Virus record (IMG/VR): IMGVR_UViG_3300027985_000843
Coordinates: 248,001 to 312,000 of that record
Reading direction: 5' to 3' (one strand)
Length of the DNA stretch: 64,000 bases
Made by a program: the position numbers and the translations under genes. Below the pieces are notes generated by a model, which worked only from the letters and a program-made list of their open reading frames with translations, was not told the DNA's origin and did no database searches. This document shows positions 53,513-63,252 of this stretch, piece after piece (the first letter of the stretch is position 1; each line of letters starts with the position of its first letter).

Positions 53513-54373
53513 ATGTTCAACAACAGCACCATGGTGGATCGTATCTTCCGCACCCCTGTGCTCGACCCAGCACGCGTGGAAGAGTACCTTCAGGGCCTCG
53601 TAGCTGAGGCTGCCCCTGTTGAGGACCCTAGCATCGATCTTCGAGAGTTGCTGGATCGCCTCAACAGGTACGTCCACAATGACGACGTCCACCACAGCGG
53701 TGAGACAATCCTCGAACACATTCGATGGGTGGTCGAGGATGTGCCGAAAGTCCTGGCCGATCCGAGCATCTCCGCCGTGGGTGCCGAACCAATCGTGCTC
53801 AACTTTGCGGCACTCCTGCACGACCTGGGGAAGGCGTACACCTACGAGCTGATCGACGGCAGGCACACCTTCCGCAAGCATGCCAACGTGAGCGTCAAGA
53901 TCGCCAGGGCCATCCTTTGGGACATCCGCGAGGTGGCCTTGTTCGACATGATTCTCGACGTTGTCGAGCAGCACGACGCATTCATGAAGCTCATCGAAGC
54001 TCGACGAGGCAGCCAGGGCAAGACCAAGTACGTCAACAAGTTCTTGCGATCACGCATGGCTGACCACATGGACGACCTCATCGCGTTCTCCATCGCAGAC
54101 GGCTACCGAGCACAGCGGATTGGGGAAACACGAACAGAGATGCTCGGGGTCCTGTTGGACATGCTGCTGGTGTCGAACAGGCGGCAGGAAGAAGCCGAGA
54201 GGCAAGCTCGGCGGGCCAATCCCCCTCCGGAACTCCTGGAGGACGTCAAGGCCCTGTTGAGGCAAGAGACGCCCCATCTCGTGGACCTTCTGCCGGACCT
54301 ACTGGCCGTCAAGAAGGCTCTGTCCGCCGACAAGCGCTACAGTCTTCTCCAGAAGATCTCCGCCCTCGAATAA
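53513..54373 (+). CDS. HD-domain phosphohydrolase
   Basis: HH...ILEH, ALLHDLGK, QHD, IADG. Confidence 0.8.
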   Translation: MFNNSTMVDRIFRTPVLDPARVEEYLQGLVAEAAPVEDPSIDLRELLDRLNRYVHNDDVHHSGETILEHIRWVVEDVPKVLADPSISAVGAEPIVLNFAALLHDLGKAYTYELIDGRHTFRKHANVSVKIARAILWDIREVALFDMILDVVEQHDAFMKLIEARRGSQGKTKYVNKFLRSRMADHMDDLIAFSIADGYRAQRIGETRTEMLGVLLDMLLVSNRRQEEAERQARRANPPPELLEDVKALLRQETPHLVDLLPDLLAVKKALSADKRYSLLQKISALE

Positions 54374-54677
54374 TCGACGTCCCTCTGTCGATTTCGGTTG
54401 CACAGACATCATGCTTGTGAGAGAAAGGTCGGGTTCCAGGCAACCACCCAGGAATGCGGGCCCCGCAAAGCACCAGCTAGCGGGGCTTCGTCTATTTGGG
54501 ATACACCACGTAGAAACGCCGGCCTGACGGTGGCCGGCGCTCCTGAACCCTGCGTGAGGGACCCTCGACTTCCTCAGGCGCCGCACGCTCGAAAGAGTGC
54601 AGCTCGGAAATCAGGGTCAGCCGGAAGCTAACACTGGTCCAAGGGTCGGGCAAGTAAAATTCAACGAAATCGGGTAT

Positions 54678-55034
54678 CTAGCCGGTGATGGTCTCGACAG
54701 CAATACCGGCCTTCGTGGATCGCTCTCGCATATCGTTGGTGCCGCTGCCTCCCATATCGAAAGCGATCACGAGATCGATCGGCTCTTCGGGAGTGTGCTC
54801 ACGGTCCAGCATGTGTTGGTTGCGGATGTGGCCCGCCCCGTTCCCGTACTTTTCCCACTGGGCTGGATAGGGCCGTACGGGGAAGCCGAGTATTTCGGCT
54901 ACGAAGCCAGCAATGTTGTCCGCCCCTTTGCACGCCCCGTGAATGATGGTGGTGCCGGGAGGGAGCTGGCTGAGGCGGTCTTGTATGGGCCTTTGGTTCA
55001 GCCAAAACCTGGATCCGCAGACGAGGACTTTCAT
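54678..55034 (-). CDS. SLOG/DUF2493-family protein
   Basis: VLVCGSR, IIHGACKGAD, GAGHIRNQHM, GSGGT. Confidence 0.85.
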   Translation of the reverse strand: MKVLVCGSRFWLNQRPIQDRLSQLPPGTTIIHGACKGADNIAGFVAEILGFPVRPYPAQWEKYGNGAGHIRNQHMLDREHTPEEPIDLVIAFDMGGSGTNDMRERSTKAGIAVETITG

Positions 55035-55225
55035 GACGGCTGCGTCGGCCCTGGTTGCGCCGTCTTCAAGGCCGTCAACGCTTGGTACAGGGAAATCCGC
55101 GTCAGCATCAACATGCCGCGACACTTGGATACAGAATCGCCTCGCTGCCACGAATCGATCGCACAGTCGTATGCGAGTTTGGCGTCTTCCATGTACTTGA
55201 CGAACTCAGCGGGCAGTGCCATCAC
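55031..55225 (-). CDS. hypothetical protein
   Basis: 64 aa, coupled. Confidence 0.45.
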   Translation of the reverse strand: MMALPAEFVKYMEDAKLAYDCAIDSWQRGDSVSKCRGMLMLTRISLYQALTALKTAQPGPTQPS

Positions 55226-55503
55226 GGAGTCCTTTTGAACTTGGTGAGCTTGCCGTCGTCGTCGAACTCAGCACAGACGTAACCCACGCCCCGCTCGTCG
55301 GCCCCAAGTACGCCATTGAGGACGCCCAGGAAGCCCACCACGGGCTTTCCGTCCTCTTCCCGCACCTGGATGGTCGGATGGTTCGACAGCTCGGTGTTGC
55401 AGGGGTAGCGCGTCTCTACCAGCCGGTACGCGGCCTCGGGGTCGAGATGCACCATGTCGTTGAGCACGTGGATCACGTCATCGATATTCACGGTCTGGTT
55501 CAT
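55222..55503 (-). CDS. hypothetical protein
   Basis: ATG 10 nt after GGTGTA; HPTIQV...VGFLGVLNG. Confidence 0.65.
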   Translation of the reverse strand: MNQTVNIDDVIHVLNDMVHLDPEAAYRLVETRYPCNTELSNHPTIQVREEDGKPVVGFLGVLNGVLGADERGVGYVCAEFDDDGKLTKFKRTP

Positions 55504-55564
55504 GCTCCCACCATACACCAAGGCATGTGCGCGTTGTCACAAATCGGTGTATCTCTTGGACATG
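55501..55564. promoter_or_regulatory. back-to-back GGTG-TAnnn motifs, each 10 nt from an ATG (divergent leaderless-type promoters)
   Basis: TACACC at 55514-19 and GGTGTA at 55546-51; representative of ~20 copies. Confidence 0.7.
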
Positions 55565-57013
55565 CCATCCAGTCATCCTGCTATCGGCGAGACGTGGGAG
55601 ACCCCTGACGTCCAGACCGGGCAGATAGCTCAAGCGGTCGTCACGGAGTCGGACGATCAAACCGTCGTTCTCACAAGCAGACAAGGCCACACCTTCAGAG
55701 TCCCAGTAAGATCTTTCCTGTTGACGTGGAAGCTCGTCAGAGAAGCCGTGCCCCAAAGATGCCATCATCCGGGTTGTGACTCTCCGGCCATTTTCCAGAT
55801 CGACGACCTGGGCACTTGGGTGTGGGTCTGCTCAGAGCACAGACCCGCGTGGGCGATGCCCATGCTCCCTACCGACACTCCCGAGGACCCCACCATCATC
55901 GATCAGTGCCCGTCTTGTCGGGCAGCTACAGAGAACTCAATTCAGCAAGAGGCAGAGGGGCTCACTGTCCACCACTGCGCAACGTGCCGAACCTATTGGG
56001 TCGTGGACCACCTACACGATGTCGATGAGGCCGAAAGGGCCATCCTCGTGGGGGAGCACACCCAAGCGTATGCTCAGATCCTCGAAGAGAACTTCGGCCT
56101 CAAGGTCAAGATCGTGGCGGGGTCCGACGTGTGGGACATCTACAGGCGCCTCGCTGGAGAACCCAAGAACGGGGCCATCCACCTCACGGGCGTCGAGGTC
56201 CGTCTAGACACCAGATTGTTGGCTGAAGAGATGTTTTTCCTCGGGGAAGTCCCCCGAACTGGTATCCAGAGACTCGGCGGCCAACCCGTGAGGAGTCACC
56301 CGGACGAAAGAGTGTGGACCCCGACCAAGGTCGAAGAGGCTGACGACACTCTTCCTAGCGACGGGTCTGTGTGGTCTGACGGCACCACGTTCTACCGGGT
56401 TCTCGGCTCCGGCATTCACCATGACAGCCACCTTGGGCGCCGCTTGTCTGTCCATGTGATGGCCTTGTATTCATATGACGAATCAGTGACCCCGGGCTTG
56501 AGTAAGTACGTGTGGGTGCCTCACTTTCTCGACTATACCAAGGCCGATGATATCTGGCAGGGGGAGGTCGGGCCCAGACCCACCGGCCACCACGTCGAGC
56601 CGAAAGTCGGCGAGACATGGTGGTCGAAAGATCTGTACGCCATGGTCGAAGTGACCTCGATACAAGCCACCCTTGAGGGCCGGCCCTGGGTTGTCTTCAC
56701 TGATGCGTCAGAGCCTTCTCCCTACGACACACCGGACCCCTATGTGGCCTCAGTCCCCCACGCATTCTTCTCGGCGCACTTCTCTCGCGAACGTCCCGAA
56801 CCACCCTGTAAGCCGGGGGAGGAGTGGGAACGGATGGTTGACCAGGCCCTTGTGACAGTCATCAGCGTCACAGACGGCCACGTCGAATACGTCAACCTGG
56901 AGGGCGTGGAGCACAGAGGCAGAATCCCCTCATTCCTTCGAAAATACAGGCCATCCAAGCGCAAGTCTGCCATGGCTCGCCTCTTGGACGAAGACTTGTT
57001 CGAGCCAGTGTGA
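55562..57013 (+). CDS. multi-domain hypothetical protein (Zn fingers, repeated small GE.W domains)
   Basis: CHHPGC, CPSC, CATC; repeated PxxGExW modules. Confidence 0.7.
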   Translation: MPSSHPAIGETWETPDVQTGQIAQAVVTESDDQTVVLTSRQGHTFRVPVRSFLLTWKLVREAVPQRCHHPGCDSPAIFQIDDLGTWVWVCSEHRPAWAMPMLPTDTPEDPTIIDQCPSCRAATENSIQQEAEGLTVHHCATCRTYWVVDHLHDVDEAERAILVGEHTQAYAQILEENFGLKVKIVAGSDVWDIYRRLAGEPKNGAIHLTGVEVRLDTRLLAEEMFFLGEVPRTGIQRLGGQPVRSHPDERVWTPTKVEEADDTLPSDGSVWSDGTTFYRVLGSGIHHDSHLGRRLSVHVMALYSYDESVTPGLSKYVWVPHFLDYTKADDIWQGEVGPRPTGHHVEPKVGETWWSKDLYAMVEVTSIQATLEGRPWVVFTDASEPSPYDTPDPYVASVPHAFFSAHFSRERPEPPCKPGEEWERMVDQALVTVISVTDGHVEYVNLEGVEHRGRIPSFLRKYRPSKRKSAMARLLDEDLFEPV

Positions 57014-57073
57014 CTTCCCGGTGTATGATCCGAACCTCGTTCTCCTGTTCTGGCTGCACATCTTCCTTACCTT

Positions 57074-57105
57074 AGCCCCGGTTCGTCTCGCCGGGGTTTT
57101 CTTTT
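57074..57105 (+). terminator. intrinsic terminator
   Basis: AGCCCCGG/CCGGGGTT hairpin followed by TTCTTTT. Confidence 0.7.
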
Positions 57106-57121
57106 GGTGTATGTAGGGAGC

Positions 57122-57694
57122 ATGCCTGACATTCGACACATGGACTTCAGCCTGAATGTTAACCTTCGAAAGACAGTGGCAGCCAAGTGCAGTGAGTACC
57201 TCGTCGAGTTCTGCAAAGCTGTTCGCGACCCACGCACCATGAGAAAACTCGAAGAAGCCTTTCTTCTGAGCGTCTCGGACTACGCAGACTACGCCCTTCT
57301 CGGCAGTGACCGCAGTGCGAACAAGCACGCCGTCGAAATCCAATCACTCATCGATCGGGCCAAGGAGCTGTCCCGGAAGGAAGCCCTCAAGGGAGACACT
57401 TATCTGTCGCAGGAGGAGGTCTACATCCTCTTCCATCTCCTGTGGAAGCGGGGGAGCCATTGCGTCATGGGGGACCCATCACGCCTGGTCCAGCTGGGAT
57501 ACCTCCAGAAGGTGGGCCCTCAGGGAGAGACCTATCAAGTCACCGTGAAGGGTCGCGACCGCCTCAGCCCTATGACGAGAGCTGCTGCCAAGCGGCCGAC
57601 GAACTTCCACGAGCTGCCTCCTAACGAGCAGTTCGTGCTCAACAAGAAGCTCGGCATCCTCGGGTGGGAGAGTCCGACGTCCGTAGCTCCCTGA
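57122..57694 (+). CDS. hypothetical protein with winged-helix-like C-terminus
   Basis: LVQLGYL...YQVT.KG. Confidence 0.6.
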   Translation: MPDIRHMDFSLNVNLRKTVAAKCSEYLVEFCKAVRDPRTMRKLEEAFLLSVSDYADYALLGSDRSANKHAVEIQSLIDRAKELSRKEALKGDTYLSQEEVYILFHLLWKRGSHCVMGDPSRLVQLGYLQKVGPQGETYQVTVKGRDRLSPMTRAAAKRPTNFHELPPNEQFVLNKKLGILGWESPTSVAP

Positions 57695-57701
57695 CTTTTT
57701 T

Positions 57702-57730
57702 CCGAACTCCAGCGTGCTCGTGACGTAGTA
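57702..57730 (+). promoter_or_regulatory. ECF-type promoter-like motif
   Basis: CCGAAC-N16-CGTAGTA, ATG 5 nt downstream. Confidence 0.75.
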
Positions 57731-57735
57731 CGGGC

Positions 57736-58212
57736 ATGACCAGCCAAGTTTTCGAAGCCATCGTCACTGCCATCGTAGTCCTTCTGCGGAAGGTTCCCTG
57801 CATCTCTGATCGCGAGAACAGCGGATGGTACACTGTGCGCATTCCTCACGTGGGGGACGTCGAGGTTCACAGGGTCGACACGACCCTCGACATCTTCAAG
57901 ACGGTCAACGAGGTCTGGGTGCGCGTCGGGGAGGAGACTCTTCGTGGTTCGGCTGAGACAGTAGCCAAGGAACTCGCCCACCGTCGACGGGCACCGTCCA
58001 AGGCAGTCGCCAAGGTTGCCAACGCCATCGAAGCCAAGTGGTTCACCTTGAACCCGGCCCGCCACTGCGGTTTCAGTCATCTCAAAGAGCCCGAGATCGC
58101 TGCGTGGCTCGGACTCGACGAAGAGCTGACCTTCAAGGCGATGGACCACTTGGAAAAGAAGGGATACGCCGTTCGAAATGAGGTCGGCGAGTGGATTCGT
58201 CTTTCCGGCTAA
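57736..58212 (+). CDS. hypothetical protein, C-terminal winged helix
   Basis: EIAAWLGL...AMDHLEKKGY. Confidence 0.65.
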   Translation: MTSQVFEAIVTAIVVLLRKVPCISDRENSGWYTVRIPHVGDVEVHRVDTTLDIFKTVNEVWVRVGEETLRGSAETVAKELAHRRRAPSKAVAKVANAIEAKWFTLNPARHCGFSHLKEPEIAAWLGLDEELTFKAMDHLEKKGYAVRNEVGEWIRLSG

Positions 58213-58246
58213 CCGGCCGGTGTAGAGTAAACAGGCGCCTAGGAGG

Positions 58247-59101
58247 TTGCCTGTGGTAGACGAAGACGAAGACATTGAGGATGACGAGGACGATGTCGAG
58301 GTTCCAGCTGAACCTGATCACCTGTCCGGTGATGAGAAGGTGCGGCTCAGGCACATCACCCGCCGACTCAACATGCGAAAAGCAGGCTTAACCCCTACTC
58401 TCAACCGTGACGATTTCGAGGAGTGGGCCTGTGATGACATTGACTTCCTGGTGGACCTCATCAACAAGGACAACAACAACCTGGTCAGGAAGGCTAGCTA
58501 CATAGCGACCTCCGTCAAGGATACCGCGCAGAACGTGTCCAATTCCATAGGGGCCATTCCAGAGGAGCTTAAAAAGTCGGAGGCCATGCTGTCGATCTTG
58601 CTGTCTGAGCTGGACAAGCTGAAGATCAAGACACGCGCGTGCCGTCACGACATGACGGTCATATGGGGACAAGTGGGGATGTTCGTGGATCCAGACGACA
58701 ACATCGCCCTGTCTGTAGCTCGAAGGAAAATCCAGGATCTGACGGAGGACCTGCGAAGACTACGTGCGACCTCTACAGACACGAACAACCAGCTTCGCCA
58801 GAAGGTGAGCGCCCTTGAGAAAAGCAACTACCAGTTGAAGTCCGAGGTGAATAAGCTGACGTCGAAGCTAGACGCGGTGCCTCCCACGTACCTTCAAAGG
58901 CTTCTCACCAAAGAAGACACCTTCCCCAGCTGGGTTGTGCCGGGGGCGAAGGTGAAGATGATCCAGAAGGAGCTAGTCGGAGAGGTCGTCAAGCTCGACG
59001 CTACTGAGGTAACAATCCGAAATCCTCTTGGAGACTTGATCGTAGGGGTGTCAGCTTTCCTACGAGAGTGGTCAAGAATGACGGTGCCAGATGACAAATA
59101 A
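58247..59101 (+). CDS. coiled-coil protein
   Basis: acidic N-terminus, heptad region, AGGAGG SD. Confidence 0.65.
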   Translation: MPVVDEDEDIEDDEDDVEVPAEPDHLSGDEKVRLRHITRRLNMRKAGLTPTLNRDDFEEWACDDIDFLVDLINKDNNNLVRKASYIATSVKDTAQNVSNSIGAIPEELKKSEAMLSILLSELDKLKIKTRACRHDMTVIWGQVGMFVDPDDNIALSVARRKIQDLTEDLRRLRATSTDTNNQLRQKVSALEKSNYQLKSEVNKLTSKLDAVPPTYLQRLLTKEDTFPSWVVPGAKVKMIQKELVGEVVKLDATEVTIRNPLGDLIVGVSAFLREWSRMTVPDDK

Positions 59102-59525
59102 CAGGCCCCTCGTCGGGGTTGCAGTGATACTTCGCAGGTGCGCCAAACGAGGCGAGGTTCCAGATTCTGTCCTGATGGGCCTGCGAAAGGGGTCCCATGG
59201 CGCAGGTACGTGGAGCCTTCCGGGCGGGCACATGGAGTTCGGCGAGACTGAGATGCAAACAGCTCAGAGGGAACTGGAGGAGGAAACAGGCATCCGTCTG
59301 CCGTTGGACAGGTTCCACCGAAGCACATACACCAACGACTTCTTTGAGGCCGAAGGGAAGCACTACGTCACGATCTATGTCACGGCTCGGTGGTATCCGT
59401 CGGATGGTGAACCACAGCAGAAAGAACCGGACAAGTGCGCTGAGTGGCGTTGGACGCAGAAGCCCATTGAGCCAATGTTCACGTGCATTCGGAACCTGGT
59501 CGACGCCGGCTGGTGGCCCGTCTAG
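59091..59525 (+). CDS. Nudix hydrolase (MutT-like)
   Basis: GGHMEFGETEMQTAQRELEEETG; EPDKCAEWRW. Confidence 0.9.
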   Translation: MTNNRPLVGVAVILRRCAKRGEVPDSVLMGLRKGSHGAGTWSLPGGHMEFGETEMQTAQRELEEETGIRLPLDRFHRSTYTNDFFEAEGKHYVTIYVTARWYPSDGEPQQKEPDKCAEWRWTQKPIEPMFTCIRNLVDAGWWPV

Positions 59526-59526
59526 G

Positions 59527-60219
59527 CTACTGGTCGCCGGCTGGACCCTTGTCTCCAGTAGGACCCTTGTCTCCGGTTGGTCCTTGGTCCCCTCGGACGC
59601 CCTTCGGCCCCTGAGGCCCCGTGTCACCCTTGTCTCCAGTAGGGCCCTTGTCTCCGGCCGGTCCCTTCTCTCCGCGAGGGCCGCGCTCCCCGCGTTCCCC
59701 ACGCTGTCCTTTGAGCCTCTCGGTGATTCCAGGGTCCACCTTCATTGCGTTGGTCAGGACCTCTCGGAACTCGCTGTCCTTGCGAATCTTGTCGATCAAG
59801 AGCAGACGAGTGGCCTCGTTCTCGACGATCTGGTTCACAAGCGCAGTCACGCGATCCTTGTCGGACTCCTTGATTGCTGTCCGGGCCTCACTCTTCGACC
59901 ACTCCTCGACATCCCCTCGAAACTGTCCGTTGTTTCGAACATCGTCTACGAACTTGGCCTGAACCTCTCGGTCGTTGACGACTTCCCGAGCCCATTTCTT
60001 GACGAGGTCCTCCGATTTGAAGGCCGCGCCTCCGATGACGATGCACAGGAGAACGAACACGTAAGCAGAGCTTCGCTGAAAGCTCTGCTGCAACCGGTCG
60101 AGCCACGATCTGGGAGGCTCGGCAGGGGGCCTGTCAGATGGCCTTGGGGGCGGTATTACCGGCACCTTGGGGGCGGCGGGTATCTCGATTGAGTCGGTCA
60201 TACAGATCGGGCCGCACAA
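59527..60219 (-). CDS. membrane protein with collagen-like G-X-Y tail
   Basis: TM VFVLLCIVIGGAAF; about 20 G-X-Y triplets to the stop. Confidence 0.8.
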   Translation of the reverse strand: MCGPICMTDSIEIPAAPKVPVIPPPRPSDRPPAEPPRSWLDRLQQSFQRSSAYVFVLLCIVIGGAAFKSEDLVKKWAREVVNDREVQAKFVDDVRNNGQFRGDVEEWSKSEARTAIKESDKDRVTALVNQIVENEATRLLLIDKIRKDSEFREVLTNAMKVDPGITERLKGQRGERGERGPRGEKGPAGDKGPTGDKGDTGPQGPKGVRGDQGPTGDKGPTGDKGPAGDQ

Positions 60220-60248
60220 GAAGATCCACTTGTGAAACGGCCTTATCG

Positions 60249-60518
60249 ATGAGCGATAGAACCCTAGCGAATCGCGTTGTGGATCGCTTCCTCGGTAAAG
60301 GAAAGGTTGTGATCCCTACGCCGGGCCTGAGCATGCGGGGTGTGGGGAAGCGCGTGCGTAACGGACAACCCGAATACTACTGTCTTCTCGACAATGGAGG
60401 AGCCCTTGTAAGCCCTTCCCGAGAGGGCTTTCGATTCACCCTCCAGTGCAATTCCGTACCTTCTGCCCGCGCCCTTGAGCTAATCAACAAGCTGGATCTG
60501 TTCCACCTGTCGAGCTAG
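60249..60518 (+). CDS. hypothetical protein with NRVVDRFL leader
   Basis: 89 aa. Confidence 0.6.
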   Translation: MSDRTLANRVVDRFLGKGKVVIPTPGLSMRGVGKRVRNGQPEYYCLLDNGGALVSPSREGFRFTLQCNSVPSARALELINKLDLFHLSS

Positions 60519-60793
60519 TCTTCTCGTGCATGGTTACCGCGAGCCGATGCTTGCAACGACTTGCGCGGTCTTTGCAGGTACAAGTGGACTTGCGGGCTTG
60601 CCGGAAAACACGGATGGTGTACCAGTTGTCGGGGTTCGTCTCGGATCGCACCTTGTAGACATCCGGGTCCGACGTGGGGTCCACGCGTAGGAAGATCGCC
60701 CTCTCCAGGCGAGTTTTCAGCTTCGGGTGCATCTTCGACCATTTTCGCATCCATTCGAGCTTGGCCTGGAAGCGATCGTATGAGACCATGCAT
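60515..60793 (-). CDS. SWIM zinc-finger protein
   Basis: Y.V.S......Y.......CTCKD....CKH. Confidence 0.75.
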   Translation of the reverse strand: MHGLIRSLPGQARMDAKMVEDAPEAENSPGEGDLPTRGPHVGPGCLQGAIRDEPRQLVHHPCFPASPQVHLYLQRPRKSLQASARGNHARED

Positions 60794-60941
60794 GTACTAC
60801 GACCGCTGTCGCCGATGGTTCGGTTCTCTGCTAATCTTTGGGCTACCCGTAGAGGGAGGCCAATCCCTCCCCGCACCCGAGCGCGGGGTCATTGCAGGGA
60901 GAGCGTTTGGTCAGCCTCTCCCGAAAGGCTCGGGAGACCAA

Positions 60942-60970
60942 GGGCCGCCTTCGGGCGGTCCTTCTTTTTT
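60942..60970 (+). terminator. intrinsic terminator
   Basis: GGGCCGCC-TTCG-GGCGGTCC then TTCTTTTTT. Confidence 0.75.
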
Positions 60971-60999
60971 CCGAACTCTTCCCGAGCCCCGACGTAGTA
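60971..60999 (+). promoter_or_regulatory. ECF-type promoter-like motif
   Basis: CCGAAC-N16-CGTAGTA, ATG 5 nt downstream. Confidence 0.75.
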
Positions 61000-61004
61000 G
61001 GGGC

Positions 61005-61244
61005 ATGAGCATCCAGTGGAACAAGCCGGTCGGGGACGAATGGGGTGAGGGTCTGGTTCGCACGAGCAAATGCGGCCGATACCGCATCATCAAGCGGCAA
61101 GTGTGTGCCTACTTCAATGGCTGCTACCGCCCCTCCTACGAGCTGGAAGTGACGCGGAATGGTGAGACGGAGAAGCATGACGAGCTGGACACTCTCCGGG
61201 ACGCGAAGGAATGGGCCAAACAGGACGCCGAAGACAACGGCTGA
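61005..61244 (+). CDS. hypothetical protein
   Basis: MSIQWNKP..., directly after promoter motif. Confidence 0.65.
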   Translation: MSIQWNKPVGDEWGEGLVRTSKCGRYRIIKRQVCAYFNGCYRPSYELEVTRNGETEKHDELDTLRDAKEWAKQDAEDNG

Positions 61245-61256
61245 AGGGACACGACC

Positions 61257-61607
61257 ATGAACGCCACCTACTCCAACCAAGAAAACCTGACCGACTGGGA
61301 CCTCATCGTTGCGTGCCTTTCCCCCACGAAGGGCACCATCACGATCCACACTGCTGCCGACAGGCAAGCTCGCCTCCTGTGCGATGGGATGGGCAAGCTC
61401 TCTGTGGCGGACCTCCCGGCCGACCTCTACCCTCTGTATGACTGGTCGCACGTCCGCGACTCGTCCGAAGCAGCCGTGACCGAGTGTGCCAAGTTCCTTC
61501 GACAGTACCTCCGCCTGTCCGACTTGGCCCTCAAGGCCAATGACGCCCTGAGCCGGGGCGACACGGCCACCTACAATGAAGCCTTGGAAGCTTTGAAGGC
61601 ATCCTGA
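61257..61607 (+). CDS. hypothetical protein
   Basis: 116 aa. Confidence 0.6.
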   Translation: MNATYSNQENLTDWDLIVACLSPTKGTITIHTAADRQARLLCDGMGKLSVADLPADLYPLYDWSHVRDSSEAAVTECAKFLRQYLRLSDLALKANDALSRGDTATYNEALEALKAS

Positions 61608-61612
61608 TTTCT

Positions 61613-61641
61613 CCGAACCTTCGTCGACCTGTGTCGTAGTA
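61613..61641 (+). promoter_or_regulatory. ECF-type promoter-like motif
   Basis: CCGAAC-N16-CGTAGTA, ATG 5 nt downstream. Confidence 0.75.
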
Positions 61642-61646
61642 AGACC

Positions 61647-61847
61647 ATGAAGAAGCCTCAGACCTCAGAGCAGCCCCGACCCATCACCGCTTTCAACCGT
61701 GACAATGAACTCGTTTACATCAAGGAGTCCATGGATAGCCTGAATCAAAAGAGCCCCGACAGCTTCGTCAAGTGCAGCTACAAGCTTCGCGGGGGGTGCA
61801 CGTTCACCACCCAAAAACGGCTTCTCCGAGACATCTGCGAAGGCTGA
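61647..61847 (+). CDS. hypothetical protein
   Basis: 66 aa directly after promoter motif. Confidence 0.6.
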   Translation: MKKPQTSEQPRPITAFNRDNELVYIKESMDSLNQKSPDSFVKCSYKLRGGCTFTTQKRLLRDICEG

Positions 61848-61856
61848 CACTTTTCT

Positions 61857-61885
61857 CCGAACCTTCGTCGACTTACATCGTAGTA
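61857..61885 (+). promoter_or_regulatory. ECF-type promoter-like motif (near-duplicate of 61613)
   Basis: TTTCTCCGAACCTTCGTCGAC....TCGTAGTAAGACCATGAA shared. Confidence 0.75.
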
Positions 61886-61890
61886 AGACC

Positions 61891-62040
61891 ATGAACACTC
61901 CCCGTAACATCATCATGGCTGCTGTGGCGGCCAACGACCCTACCCGCTTTCACTCTCGCACCGTCCAGCCCACCAAGGGCAAGGGACGCAAGTCCCGCCC
62001 CCGCAGCTCCAACAGAAGCCGCCGTGAGTGGGGTGTCTGA
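61891..62040 (+). CDS. 49-aa basic peptide (below ORF-track cutoff)
   Basis: MNTPRNIIMAAVAANDPTRFHSRTVQPTKGKGRKSRPRSSNRSRREWGV. Confidence 0.5.
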   Translation: MNTPRNIIMAAVAANDPTRFHSRTVQPTKGKGRKSRPRSSNRSRREWGV

Positions 62041-62097
62041 TTTTGGTAGCGGTCGGTCTCTCAGTGGTGTATCTAGTCTGCATAACACCACTGGTGA

Positions 62098-62147
62098 ACG
62101 CCGACTGCCGTCTAGCCCCCCCCCCAACAGCAGTCGGCGTTTCTTTT
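62098..62147 (+). terminator. terminator-like hairpin with poly-C loop
   Basis: ACGCCGACTGC/GCAGTCGGCGT then TTCTTTT. Confidence 0.6.
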
Positions 62148-62161
62148 CCATGGTGTAGGTC

Positions 62162-62386
62162 ATGTGGCACATTGAAGTGTGGTCGAAGACACTCCACAAG
62201 TGGGTGGAGGTAGGGACCGACGAAGACTCGACTTTCGTCGAGGAAGGGATCCAGTCCCTCGCGGTCGTGCATCATACGGCTCGGGCGTGGCGAGAGTCCG
62301 GAGAGGGCTGGACGGGCATGCAAGCCAGCCTGTACCGAGGATTCTGTCGATGGACGGGATCCGGCGGCCTTGTTCGGTGTATCTAG
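62162..62386 (+). CDS. hypothetical protein
   Basis: 74 aa, Trp-rich. Confidence 0.5.
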   Translation: MWHIEVWSKTLHKWVEVGTDEDSTFVEEGIQSLAVVHHTARAWRESGEGWTGMQASLYRGFCRWTGSGGLVRCI

Positions 62387-62392
62387 TTGTTC

Positions 62393-62728
62393 ATGTCCCG
62401 TGAACAGGCTCGATCCTTGATCAAGGCCCTTGGCCTACCTGTGGCAGACGCTTCCGTCGAAGATCTTGAGGAAGCCCTGTCAGATGAACCCACGTCGAGG
62501 TTCGCGCTCTTTGACCCCGATCGTCTCATATCCGAGGAAATGAGCCCCGGGGGAATCATCCTACCTGGGAAGGAGTTGTCATGCTCATTCAAATCTCCAC
62601 GCCTCGCCCCTTGTTCGACCACTCCAGACACCCTGAATACGTCCACATCCATACAATCGCCAAGACAGGGGTGTCAGAAGGTCAGGTGCTATTCACCGGC
62701 CCAACCGACCCAGAACACGGGACGGTAG
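62393..62728 (+). CDS. hypothetical protein (3' part overlaps next ORF)
   Basis: ATG 11 nt after GGTGTA; long overlap makes the extent doubtful. Confidence 0.4.
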   Translation: MSREQARSLIKALGLPVADASVEDLEEALSDEPTSRFALFDPDRLISEEMSPGGIILPGKELSCSFKSPRLAPCSTTPDTLNTSTSIQSPRQGCQKVRCYSPAQPTQNTGR

Positions 62729-63252
62729 GGACACGGAACCTCGAACCTTACATGAGGGTTCCCATCGACGGTGAAGAGGGCTTCGAAGCTCTCATCTACG
62801 TGCTGCCCTTCTGGGAGTTGTTCAAGGAGGGGAAGAATCGATCCATGCACGACGGGGAGATTGTAAGGTCCGCTCCCATTGCCCTCGTCCGATACTGCAC
62901 GGCAGGCTTCAAGGTGACGGCCCATTCGGCCTTCCGAACCGGCCCTCAGGAGTATCAAGGACGAGCTGTTGGGTTCACCATCATGACGGCCGCCACCGGC
63001 GGAGGCGTTCTGCGCCTTGCCGATTGGCCGGTTGATGTTGCCAACCCGACCTTCGACCCGTGGGCCCTGCATCCCGCCGCCCTCACGACGGGGCAGCAGC
63101 AGGACCTGTCGGTCGTGTACAACCGAACCCACCGGCTCTCGCGTGGTGGAGCTGCCGATCTCCGAGCCCAACGCATCGCCTCCGTCGAGGCCAGCATGGC
63201 AAAGGAAGGTCGGGCTCTACCGAGTAACCGGGCACTTCCAGAGAAAACATGA
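62581..63252 (+). CDS. hypothetical protein
   Basis: 223 aa, coupled to next gene. Confidence 0.6.
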   Translation: MLIQISTPRPLFDHSRHPEYVHIHTIAKTGVSEGQVLFTGPTDPEHGTVGTRNLEPYMRVPIDGEEGFEALIYVLPFWELFKEGKNRSMHDGEIVRSAPIALVRYCTAGFKVTAHSAFRTGPQEYQGRAVGFTIMTAATGGGVLRLADWPVDVANPTFDPWALHPAALTTGQQQDLSVVYNRTHRLSRGGAADLRAQRIASVEASMAKEGRALPSNRALPEKT

